Part shown: piece after piece, positions 36,726 through 45,503 of the stretch
Layout: each line of letters opens with the position of its first letter
Position numbering within the stretch: the stretch's first letter is position 1
IMG/VR virus record: IMGVR_UViG_3300020195_000009
Location: 124,001 to 188,000 of that record
Length of the DNA: 64,000 nt
Reading direction: 5' to 3' (one strand)
Position numbers and translations under genes: made by a program
Notes under the pieces: generated by a model
Told to the model about the DNA's origin: nothing
Seen by the model: only the letters and a program-made list of their open reading frames with translations
Database searches by the model: none

Positions 36726-37939
36726 TTGTACGTGTCCTCTGGCTCGAAGACGGACTTCCCGGCGGCATCCAGGCGGAAGTCGTCGAGGGTTCGGAACATT
36801 CCGACCTCCTTCCTACCTCCTTCTGGGGCCAGAATCAAAACGTGAAGCTCTACGTCGACCGATTTCACCCGCTCGATCAGGTCGATCATGTGGTCGATGT
36901 TGATACTGAAGGCCCAGTCGCGAGCCTCCATCCAGTCCTTGCCGTCGATCTGCTTCGGTCGGACCGTAACGGGTAGGCTGTCGGTCTTGGAAGTACCTTC
37001 GGAAACCCCGAACTGAACCCGTCGCAGCTCGTGGTTGAACTGGATCTTGATCTTGTCCCGGCTCTTCTCAAGCTCACTTCGCGTGTACTTGAGGGAGTTC
37101 AAGAGCTGCACCTTGTCGATGAGAAAGATGTTCTTGTCACTCTTGAGCGGGTAGTACTTGAACTGAGCGTGAACCTTGGCGTGTTTCGGCCAGCCAAGGA
37201 CGTGCCCCTTTGCGTTCTCGACAAACGTGAAGTGTGCCCCCATGCGGAAGGTCACCTCCTTATCAGCACTCTTGCTGAGGAACGAGATCAAAGCAGGCAA
37301 GTGTTGGGAGTGGATTTCGAGCCCCTTACCCGCAAATGCCTCGCACCAGAAGTAGTAGGCTCGGACACTGTCCGAAGCCAACAGGTGCCCATCTCCCTTG
37401 ACGTACTCCGGCTTTGAGGCGTCGAAGACCTGAAGGGCCTTGTACTGCTCCTCGATCCGGGTGTCCGTAGTCTTCGCCAGGAAGGGGCGGCTCATGTCGA
37501 TCGCCTCCTTCAAGATGGCCGTGGGGTAGTTGTGCGTCGTCGTTGTGGCGTTGAGATCATCGTCACAGGTGGACAGGAGCTTCGGGTTAAACGAGGTTCG
37601 CTCCGTACGGGCTCCATTGGACGACTCGTATCGAACAATGAAACGCTCATCTTCCTTGGCTTCGGCCTCAAACGTGAGGGTCTGGCCATCCAGGTACCTG
37701 AGCGCGTCGATGAACTCTGCCGGATATACGAAAGACCCGTCCTCATCCACCTCGACAAGATCGAAACTCGCTCTTGCCACGCACTGGTCGTCACGGGAGT
37801 AGACGTGGCACTTGGTACCTTGGACCATGAAAAGGTACCCAGCTCCGCCTTGTGCCGTCACGGCCCGAGGGGTGACGATCTTCACCACGTCGAGAGCGGC
37901 GATCAGGTCTGACGCGTTTAGCTTGAATTTCATCTTCAT
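36689..37939 (-). CDS. DNA polymerase III beta-type sliding clamp (divergent)
   Basis: MKFKLNASDLIAAL..V start, ASDSVR (cf. ATDGHR), SINIDHMIDLI; 416 aa; clamp-loader genes nearby. Confidence 0.65.
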   Translation of the reverse strand: MKMKFKLNASDLIAALDVVKIVTPRAVTAQGGAGYLFMVQGTKCHVYSRDDQCVARASFDLVEVDEDGSFVYPAEFIDALRYLDGQTLTFEAEAKEDERFIVRYESSNGARTERTSFNPKLLSTCDDDLNATTTTHNYPTAILKEAIDMSRPFLAKTTDTRIEEQYKALQVFDASKPEYVKGDGHLLASDSVRAYYFWCEAFAGKGLEIHSQHLPALISFLSKSADKEVTFRMGAHFTFVENAKGHVLGWPKHAKVHAQFKYYPLKSDKNIFLIDKVQLLNSLKYTRSELEKSRDKIKIQFNHELRRVQFGVSEGTSKTDSLPVTVRPKQIDGKDWMEARDWAFSINIDHMIDLIERVKSVDVELHVLILAPEGGRKEVGMFRTLDDFRLDAAGKSVFEPEDTYKCRVTRFMPSKE

Positions 37940-37943
37940 CTCC

Positions 37944-38219
37944 TCATTTCTTGTCGTAGGAGGTCAGGCTGTTTTCAGCCTCGATGAGACCTCGCTCGAA
38001 CTCATCCATGAGGGATTCGAGTTCCTGTTGCGCCTTGTTGCGGTCTTCGACGAGCGTTTTGGGGTTGTACCCTGCTGCCTGGATCTCCTTTACGAGAGAT
38101 TGCAGCTCGTCCTTCTTGGACTTTAGCTCCCCACCCAGCTCCGCCTTTCGTTTGAGAACGCGAGCATGTCGGGTTTGAAGGTCTTGGATCTTGGTGTTCA
38201 ACTCTTCAGGGGAGAGCAT
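37944..38219 (-). CDS. Small coiled-coil protein
   Basis: 91 aa with heptad pattern; SD GAGGA. Confidence 0.7.
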   Translation of the reverse strand: MLSPEELNTKIQDLQTRHARVLKRKAELGGELKSKKDELQSLVKEIQAAGYNPKTLVEDRNKAQQELESLMDEFERGLIEAENSLTSYDKK

Positions 38220-38228
38220 GCTGGTTCC

Positions 38229-39224
38229 TCACTCGTCATCGTCCAAACTCAAACCAGGTTCTACTACACCGGGGTCTGGAAGTGGTGTTCGGGGTTTGCG
38301 GCTCATCGCAGCGACCTTCTTAGTCCCGGCTTCACACTTGCTCACGTAAGAGCAAAGACGGCAATGACCTCCTGCTTGAGCTGGGAAGCGCTCTTGACGG
38401 AGTTCATCATAGCTCTTCGATTGACCAGAGAGCTTATCCAGGGAGGTAACAGAAGACGCGATTCGATCCGCCGCCGCTAGTACCTCTATTTGCGTGTTAT
38501 CTAAATCACCATTGTCGAACGAGATCCATTCCATGGCTTCAAAGGACTCGCTGTACTTATCGGTCCACCACTCGGGACGGGTACCATCAAAATGCCAGAA
38601 GATGTACCCCAACCTATCAGGAACGATTCCAGTCTTGGCTCGATAGAGGGCCGCATACAGCTTGAGCTGCACCCCTTCGACCCTCTGGCCTGACTTCTTG
38701 GGGTCCCCATCGACGTACTTTTCGCGCCATTTGGACCCCTTCCCATCAAGGATCACCAGGTCCTCATAGGGAGCAATCCTACGGATCACGAAGTCCGCTC
38801 GACCCCCAATCAGATGATTCCCAAACTGCGTGTCCAGTTTCAACTCAGCAGAAGCATCCGACCCAAGAAGGCGGTTCTTTCGTATCGTTTGAATCCCTCG
38901 GGGGATCGCTAACCGTACGTCTGCAACGACGTCTTCTCTACTGTGATAGTTCGACTTCTCGTCGGCCCAGTCATAGACACGACCTCTCTGGTCCCGGATA
39001 GCCTTGTCGAAACAGGGCTCCACAATGGATTGAAGGAAGTCGAGATAGTCGACCTTACGCCATAGGCGATCTCGGTAGAAGGTCTCGAAGACCAACCCTA
39101 CAACGCTGCCATAGAGGGCGTTGACCCCGTTGTCCGGGGGGATCGACGTCTTGTTCACATACTTGTGCCAGTATTCGTAGGGGCACTGACCGTAGGTCTT
39201 GAATCCAGAGTAGGACAGGTACAA
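38229..39224 (-). CDS. PD-(D/E)XK (RecB/AddB/Cas4-like) nuclease with 1+3 Cys Fe-S motif
   Basis: LSYSG...QCP, GRADFV, ILDGK, QLKLY, HCRLCSY..KC. Confidence 0.8.
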   Translation of the reverse strand: MYLSYSGFKTYGQCPYEYWHKYVNKTSIPPDNGVNALYGSVVGLVFETFYRDRLWRKVDYLDFLQSIVEPCFDKAIRDQRGRVYDWADEKSNYHSREDVVADVRLAIPRGIQTIRKNRLLGSDASAELKLDTQFGNHLIGGRADFVIRRIAPYEDLVILDGKGSKWREKYVDGDPKKSGQRVEGVQLKLYAALYRAKTGIVPDRLGYIFWHFDGTRPEWWTDKYSESFEAMEWISFDNGDLDNTQIEVLAAADRIASSVTSLDKLSGQSKSYDELRQERFPAQAGGHCRLCSYVSKCEAGTKKVAAMSRKPRTPLPDPGVVEPGLSLDDDE

Positions 39225-39228
39225 AGGA

Positions 39229-40206
39229 TTACCCCACAGCTTCTACGAGTTCTAGGTAACGAAGAGCCTCACGACGAACATCATCAGCAAAGTTGAGGCC
39301 GTGGATGTTGGCTTCGATGCTGGCCGTAGGATCAATCCCACCATCCGCAAGAAGCTGGAGGACGAACTGATCGATATCGTGACGCTCCTTCTCTTGAGCG
39401 GCCTTTTTCTCCAGATCAAACACATCCTCGGCTGGTGCAACTGACAAGGCGATGGGGGTGATTCGCACATCACCCCCATCGATCTCGATCAGGGCGACTT
39501 TGGGGATTCGCTGGAGGTTCTCGCGAACCAGAGCCCCACGAGACACGGCCCCAAGGTTCACGAAATGCTTGCCTCTGATAACCTCGATGCCTTGATCCCT
39601 ATGCCAGTGCCCAAAACACCAGACATCGGGTCCATTTCTGGTCACCAAGGCTTCGTAGGGGAAGACCGGCTCGTTGAAGAAGTCTTCTACTTGAGGGGGA
39701 GGGTTCTTAGCGGCTAGAGCATGGACAATAGCGATGAGGTGCGTGTCCCCAGGCTGCTTCTGGATGCGATGCAGGTCCTCCATGGTCCGCGTGGGATTGT
39801 AGGGGACTCCGACAATCCGGACCTGGAGGTTTCCGTCCTTGAAGACTTGATCACGTAGTTGGTGGAACACCCCGCTGGTGTAGAGAACCCCAAGAGGCTG
39901 CTTTCCAATGGATTCCAGGTTGTTGTAGGCAAGATCGTGGTTACCCTCGACCTCATACGTCTCACACGGGTACGCTTTCTGAATCCTGGCTGAGCGCTCT
40001 ACAAGGTGATGGGGGTTCTTTGAGGACGCTTTGACGTGGAAGTAGTCACCTCCATCCAGCACGGCGTTAGCCTCGTGTTGCCTCGCAAACTGGCCGATCT
40101 GCTCCAGGTTGGACCAAATTTCGGCCGGGTAGTCACCCTTCCACGAGATCGGACTTCGATCCGTGACGTGCGTGTCCGTTCGGTACAAGAAGGCGAGTCT
40201 AGGCAT
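39229..40206 (-). CDS. sbcD: SbcD/Mre11-like metallophosphoesterase nuclease
   Basis: TDTH, GGDYFH, GNHD, H, FGHWH; likely start MPRLAFL at 40206 (track start 40254). Confidence 0.85.
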   Translation of the reverse strand: MPRLAFLYRTDTHVTDRSPISWKGDYPAEIWSNLEQIGQFARQHEANAVLDGGDYFHVKASSKNPHHLVERSARIQKAYPCETYEVEGNHDLAYNNLESIGKQPLGVLYTSGVFHQLRDQVFKDGNLQVRIVGVPYNPTRTMEDLHRIQKQPGDTHLIAIVHALAAKNPPPQVEDFFNEPVFPYEALVTRNGPDVWCFGHWHRDQGIEVIRGKHFVNLGAVSRGALVRENLQRIPKVALIEIDGGDVRITPIALSVAPAEDVFDLEKKAAQEKERHDIDQFVLQLLADGGIDPTASIEANIHGLNFADDVRREALRYLELVEAVG

Positions 40207-41422
40207 GGGCATGTCCGGTCTGAACGGGTTGCGTACAGGTAGGACAGACACCAAGGGCTTCTACTTCTCCTTGAACTAGCCCCTCTTCCTTTGAAACTCC
40301 TTCAAGATCAGCTTGGACTTGCTGGATGGCCTTAGCGATGGCCATCTGACGAGAGGTAAAACGAGCCAGGTCCCGAAGCCGGTCCTTCTTGTTTTCAAGA
40401 GAGACCACGGCCGGAAGGGTGATGGCTCCAGCCGCCTCCAGGGCTGCGAAGCGAGCCCGGTACGATCGAAGCCGGTGAATCCAAAGGTCCAACTGCTGGA
40501 GTCTTTTAGCAGCCTCCTGGAAGGCTTCGATCGCAGGGATCAAATCCAGGAACTTCTCAACCCAGGCGATCGACTTGTAACCTTCTACTCGGCGAGTAAG
40601 ATCGCTGACGAAACGAACCAGAACCCCAACCTTGACGGCCCCTTTGGCAAGGGGGGTGACATCCGGGACAAGGATAGAACCTACCTCCCACAAGCCTCTG
40701 ATTCGCTTGACGAGGTCCTCCGTCGTTGCGACGTAGTGACTCAGAGCGTTGACCCTACGGAGGGCCTTCTCCACACCACCGAGGGTGACCGCAGCTTGAG
40801 TGGCCATCGTGAGAGCCGTATCTAAGCCCTCGTAGGCGGTAAGCCGAAGGCGTAACCCCTCGGCATCCTTCTCTCGGATCTTCTTGGTCGAGACAACCTC
40901 GCGACGGTCTTTCTCGACAAGCTTCGTGGCTGCACTGACACGATCAAGCCGTGCCACGTCCGAGATGGCTTCGGCAATCGCTGGACCTGATTGGTTGAGC
41001 AGGAAGATGGGGAAGAACTGGTCAGCAACTTGAATGCTACCGACCTCATCTCCTACTTTGATAGGGGCAAACCCATGGCTTAAGAGAAACTCTGGGATCC
41101 CTTGCCCTGGCTTATCATACCGTTCACCGTTGAACGTGTACCTGTTGATCGCATCCCCCTTCTCCCACCGAAGGTCGAACCCTTCGGTTTGAAGGCGGAC
41201 CGTCGATTGACACTTGCAGGCTTTAGCCTTGCGAAGGGTTCGAGCACAGTCATCCCCGTGACGAACGAAGGAGGTACCGAGGGAGTTGGTGAGGGCGCAT
41301 TTGATGGCCCTCACCACGGCACTCTTACCGATGTTGGATCGCCCAACAAGAGCAGTAAAGCCGTCAATCTGAATCGAGAGGTGCTCGATTGATTGAAACC
41401 CTCTGATCTCAACTTCAATCAT
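40199..41422 (-). CDS. SbcC/Rad50-like ABC ATPase, N-terminal half ending in a zinc hook
   Basis: IRGFQS, Walker A GRSNIGKS, Q-loop ADQF, coiled coil, terminal CPTCTQ. Confidence 0.82.
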   Translation of the reverse strand: MIEVEIRGFQSIEHLSIQIDGFTALVGRSNIGKSAVVRAIKCALTNSLGTSFVRHGDDCARTLRKAKACKCQSTVRLQTEGFDLRWEKGDAINRYTFNGERYDKPGQGIPEFLLSHGFAPIKVGDEVGSIQVADQFFPIFLLNQSGPAIAEAISDVARLDRVSAATKLVEKDRREVVSTKKIREKDAEGLRLRLTAYEGLDTALTMATQAAVTLGGVEKALRRVNALSHYVATTEDLVKRIRGLWEVGSILVPDVTPLAKGAVKVGVLVRFVSDLTRRVEGYKSIAWVEKFLDLIPAIEAFQEAAKRLQQLDLWIHRLRSYRARFAALEAAGAITLPAVVSLENKKDRLRDLARFTSRQMAIAKAIQQVQADLEGVSKEEGLVQGEVEALGVCPTCTQPVQTGHAHA

Positions 41423-41425
41423 TGA

Positions 41426-42667
41426 CTAGCTGGCCTCAGCCTCCGCACTGCCACCCTCGGTTTCCATATCGGCGAGGATGTTTTCGATCTCTTCGACATC
41501 CACCCCCTCAGCGATATCATCATCAGTGATGCCTTCCCGATCATCCGATTGGATGTCCTCATCCTCAACCGTGCCGGTGACCGCCTGCGGAGCTTCAGAG
41601 GTCAAAGCGGCGATGACCTTGGCTCGGAGATCAGCCATAACCTTGGGGTTGTCGATGAGATACTTCCGAACCCGCTCCTTGCCTTTGATGGCCTCACCGT
41701 TGAGGGTGTAGTTGGAGCCATCCTTTTTGATGAGCTTCCGAGGGATGGCGGACTCGATGAGCGAGTGATATTCATCGATGCCGTACCCGAAGCGAATGAA
41801 GACTTGAGCGCTGTGACCTTGCTTGCCGTCAAGTTTGTTCTTGACGACCTTCACCTGAACCACGTTGCCGTAGGGGATGCGCTTCTTGATGAGGCTCACC
41901 GGGTCTTTTTGCTCCACTACATCCGCCCGAATCTTCGTGAGCTTGAGCCGGTGGGTTGCGTAGAACTTGACGGCTTTACCTCCAGACGTGTTGTCATCCT
42001 CTCCGGCGTGACTACCGGCCTTGATGACAGCACGCGTCTGGTTGATGAGCATGACGCACGTGGGGGAGTCCTTGAGCCACTGAACCATCTTGGAGAGGTT
42101 TTGACTCATCGCTCGGGCAAGGGCTCCGATACGGGCCTCTTCCCCGAGTTTTCGCTCCAACTCCAACTTGGGCACCATCGCGGCAACAGAGTCAACAACC
42201 ACGAGGTCGTAGATCCCACTTGTGATGGCGATGTAGAGCATCTGGTATCCCATCTCTAAGGTATCCGGGGAGAAGAGGATGCACTTGTCCTTGTTGAAAT
42301 TCACACCAATAGCCTTGGCGTAGGGGTGGGCGATGGCGTTCTCGAAGTCGAGGAACATAGACAGACCACCTTGCCTCTGGACCGCAGCAAGAGCCCCCAA
42401 GGCTAGGGTCGTCTTCCCGCTCGACTCGGCCCCGAAGACCTCGATGACGCGACCACGGGCGTAACCGGGACACACCATACCTCCCCCATTAGGGAGAGGC
42501 GTACCCCCGAGAAGGTTGTCGATCTGGATGATCCCTGACGGGATGTGAGGGAACGTTGTGTTCTGGCCCCCGAGCGGCTTCTGACCCGTGACCTTCTCGA
42601 TCAAAGCGAGGGTTTTGGCGAGGATTTGGTCTCTTGTTTCCTTCTTAGCTGCTGCCGCTTTGCTCAT
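41426..42667 (-). CDS. recA: RecA recombinase
   Basis: GRVIEVFGAESSGKTT, FLDFE, VVVDSVAA, ARAMSQ, INQTR, SGGKAVKFY, KVVKNK. Confidence 0.93.
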   Translation of the reverse strand: MSKAAAAKKETRDQILAKTLALIEKVTGQKPLGGQNTTFPHIPSGIIQIDNLLGGTPLPNGGGMVCPGYARGRVIEVFGAESSGKTTLALGALAAVQRQGGLSMFLDFENAIAHPYAKAIGVNFNKDKCILFSPDTLEMGYQMLYIAITSGIYDLVVVDSVAAMVPKLELERKLGEEARIGALARAMSQNLSKMVQWLKDSPTCVMLINQTRAVIKAGSHAGEDDNTSGGKAVKFYATHRLKLTKIRADVVEQKDPVSLIKKRIPYGNVVQVKVVKNKLDGKQGHSAQVFIRFGYGIDEYHSLIESAIPRKLIKKDGSNYTLNGEAIKGKERVRKYLIDNPKVMADLRAKVIAALTSEAPQAVTGTVEDEDIQSDDREGITDDDIAEGVDVEEIENILADMETEGGSAEAEAS

Positions 42668-43314
42668 TGGGACTCCGGGAGTTGAGAGAATCTGTAGAAA
42701 CGCTCACCTTCACGGAACAAAGTCCCGCGTTGGTGAGTCTCGCCCGCATGCTTGCCCTTGGAGAAGGTCTTTTCATTGAAGAAGACGTGTTGCTCTGAAG
42801 GTAGAAGCACGTCTTTATCAATCCTTCCTGTCAAGAGGAGCCAGAACCGGGCAGCAAACCTTGAGATATGGTAGGCGTCAGCTTCGTCCCCATTCCACCG
42901 GGCGATCCCAGTGTCGGCCTTCGCCATCGCCACCATATCAGCCTTGAACATCATTCCTTTACGGACCGTGGGGTCCTCCTTTGCGAGGAGCTTCACGGTC
43001 AGAGGATCGAAGTACACCACATCCTTACGACGTGTGAAGATCGCCTCATTTACATAGAGAAATAGACCATACAGACCCTCAGACCAGAGTTCCCCAAATG
43101 GCGGAGATTCGACCCCTACGATTTGAATCTCTGGCCAGTCGTCGAGCAGGTTCTCTACGCACTCACGTAGACCTATATATCTTGCGACGAATACATCTGA
43201 AGCGGGGCTCGCAAAGCGACCTTTATCCACGACACGCTTCTTTCCAGAAGCATTCGCATCATGGATGCACCAACCGAACCCCGTTAAAGACGGATCCAAC
43301 CCAAGAGACAGCAT
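42664..43314 (-). CDS. ruvC: RuvC-like Holliday junction resolvase
   Basis: LGLDPSLTGFG, GVE, K..M, DEADA. Confidence 0.8.
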   Translation of the reverse strand: MLSLGLDPSLTGFGWCIHDANASGKKRVVDKGRFASPASDVFVARYIGLRECVENLLDDWPEIQIVGVESPPFGELWSEGLYGLFLYVNEAIFTRRKDVVYFDPLTVKLLAKEDPTVRKGMMFKADMVAMAKADTGIARWNGDEADAYHISRFAARFWLLLTGRIDKDVLLPSEQHVFFNEKTFSKGKHAGETHQRGTLFREGERFYRFSQLPESQ

Positions 43315-43376
43315 CTCGTGTCGAGGGGAAAGGGAGCCGAAGGCCGCAACCTGCGGCCCCCTCCACCCCGCCTCAA

Positions 43377-44246
43377 CTAGACGTTACCCAGGATGTTCGA
43401 GAAGTCCTCGCCTGAGATGTCGGATCCGGGAGCTGCGGTTCCACCACCACCAGGCATCAAGCCGAGCTTCTCACGAATCTCATCGACACTCAGCTCGCGG
43501 AACGGGCTCATCTTCTTGTAGAAGGTGACGGCCTTCTCCAGGATCTTGCGCTTGAACTGCTCGTTCTTGGAGTACAGCGCCGGACCGGCCTGGGTGATCG
43601 TGATCTTCTGGAACTGGGTATCCGAGCACGACATGTGAAGGTCGATGCCCGAGAGGGAAGTGCTGCTCTCCAGAAGCCCTCGGTTGATCTTCCGAAGCAC
43701 TTCGTACTTGTCCGGCGAGAAGCGCCAGGGTTTGATCTGCCACTTACGGGCGAGCGCTTCCTTGTCAATCTCCCCATCCCGGTCGGTCGGGTAGATGAGC
43801 AGGAGCGAGATCACGTAGTCCTTCTTCTCCCCCAGCTTCGCAAAGACCTTCTGGTCTTCGGTGGAGATTGGACCCTTCGGCGCCGCAACGTAACCGACGT
43901 CCTTCTTGTAGTAGCCGGAGGCGGTTCGGAACCTCGCCTCACTCAGGTCGAGAAGGTCCACCTGGTCAAGCTGGTCGGCCGATTTGTTGAGCTTCGTAGC
44001 GACGGCAACCCGAACCTTTTCGACGAGGTCCTTCTTCTGAGCGGGGGTGAGGTCAGGCTTCGCAAGGACCGCCTTGCGCAACTGTGATTGCTCGTGGCTG
44101 TTGAAATACACGAAGGCAACCCGGTCCGTACGACCCTTCTCACCCTTGTACCAATCGGTCTGGTTGGACTGGACCTTACCCTTGTCCTCTTCGCCGAGAC
44201 CGATTTCGTTGTCGTCGAGTTCAATCTGAGATTCGCTGTCACTCAT
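43377..44246 (-). CDS. Putative single-stranded DNA-binding protein (gp32-like)
   Basis: 289 aa with strong codon bias, aromatic-rich core and acidic-hydrophobic tail; next to recA/ruvC. Confidence 0.55.
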   Translation of the reverse strand: MSDSESQIELDDNEIGLGEEDKGKVQSNQTDWYKGEKGRTDRVAFVYFNSHEQSQLRKAVLAKPDLTPAQKKDLVEKVRVAVATKLNKSADQLDQVDLLDLSEARFRTASGYYKKDVGYVAAPKGPISTEDQKVFAKLGEKKDYVISLLLIYPTDRDGEIDKEALARKWQIKPWRFSPDKYEVLRKINRGLLESSTSLSGIDLHMSCSDTQFQKITITQAGPALYSKNEQFKRKILEKAVTFYKKMSPFRELSVDEIREKLGLMPGGGGTAAPGSDISGEDFSNILGNV

Positions 44247-44414
44247 TGGAATGGCTCCTTAAACATGCCGCCCGGATACATCACTACGGATAGGTATTGC
44301 CGGGAACAGGCTGGTTAGTGGAGTACGGACACTGGACAGTGTGTGAGGTTGCCCTCTGACATGGTCGTGTGCCGTACCCCACTTGGATATACACCACTCC
44401 AACTTTGATGGCCG

Positions 44415-45494
44415 TTAGATGTTCTTGAGAAGGTCAGAGAAATCAAAGTCCCCATCCTCACCCGCGGGTGAGGATTTAGCCTCATTCAATTGAGGTTTGG
44501 GCTTCTCTTCCTTCTTCTTGGCTTTGACGTCAGACTTTGATGTCGAGCCATTCGCCTTATCACTGATTTCAGAGCCAAGGAAGCGGTTGATGTCCGCTTC
44601 TTCTGTAGAAGGGGTGGCTGCTGGAATAGGACTGCCGGAAAGCAGCATATCTGCAAGGTCAAGAGCAGACTCTTCCTTCCCGGACGGAGCCATAACGACA
44701 GGCTCTTCTTTCATAGGAGGGGCGGCCGGAGGCTCGACCTTTGGGGATGACGCTACCACTTCTGGCTTGGGATCTGGTACCGGCTCAGGCTTGGCTTCAA
44801 CCACGGGGAGCTTGGGTTCCGAAACCTTGGGCTCGGGCACGGGTAGCTTAAGCTCAGAGGCTTCCGCCTCGACCACGGGAGCTTCGGAGCTATCGCTGCA
44901 ACCCGCCCCTAAGTTCCCTGCTTCGGCTCGCATGAGTCGATCAATTTCACCCTCGTCGATACCATTATCTTCCATTGGAAGGGCTCGACCTTTGCCGTCT
45001 CTGGGGCCGTCAAACTCATCACCGTAGCCCGCACCTGACACACGATCCGCAAGAAGAAGAGAGCGCTGCGTCTTGATGTTGTCGCTCGTCCGTACAAGCT
45101 CCTTGTGCCTCAGGAGGACTGCCTTCTCGATCGTATCAAGGTCACTGATCTCTTGCTTGAGCGTCACGACTCGACTGATCCGATCCCGTAAGGCCATGTT
45201 GGCCGAAGCTTCGCGATCCTTGATGTTCGGGAGCCTACGGATGGTCTCGTTCTCAGATAAAAGCTGGTTCAGTTCGATCTGGTAAGCCGCTTCTTGTCCC
45301 GCGAGGTCCTGACTGAAGCCACGCTTCTCCCTTTGAATCTGAAGAAGGAGCATCGTGGCCCGGTTCAAGTAGTTGCGGCACTGGGAGATGACTTGGTTTA
45401 GGTACCTCGGACCCAAGACCGTCGGGTCGGGCTCCAGCTCGATCCCCATACCCAAGATTTCTTCGTAGATCGCATTGACTTGTTTCAGGTCCAT
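44415..45494 (-). CDS. Coiled-coil protein with disordered linker and SSB-like tail (possible recombination mediator)
   Basis: N-terminal coiled coil, P/E-rich middle, C-terminus DFDFSDLLKNI. Confidence 0.55.
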   Translation of the reverse strand: MDLKQVNAIYEEILGMGIELEPDPTVLGPRYLNQVISQCRNYLNRATMLLLQIQREKRGFSQDLAGQEAAYQIELNQLLSENETIRRLPNIKDREASANMALRDRISRVVTLKQEISDLDTIEKAVLLRHKELVRTSDNIKTQRSLLLADRVSGAGYGDEFDGPRDGKGRALPMEDNGIDEGEIDRLMRAEAGNLGAGCSDSSEAPVVEAEASELKLPVPEPKVSEPKLPVVEAKPEPVPDPKPEVVASSPKVEPPAAPPMKEEPVVMAPSGKEESALDLADMLLSGSPIPAATPSTEEADINRFLGSEISDKANGSTSKSDVKAKKKEEKPKPQLNEAKSSPAGEDGDFDFSDLLKNI

Positions 45495-45503
45495 AGGGGC
45501 GCC

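Noticed and set aside
38229-39224. Cas4 / CRISPR system
   Set aside because: No repeat-spacer array or other cas genes were seen; the context is phage recombination.
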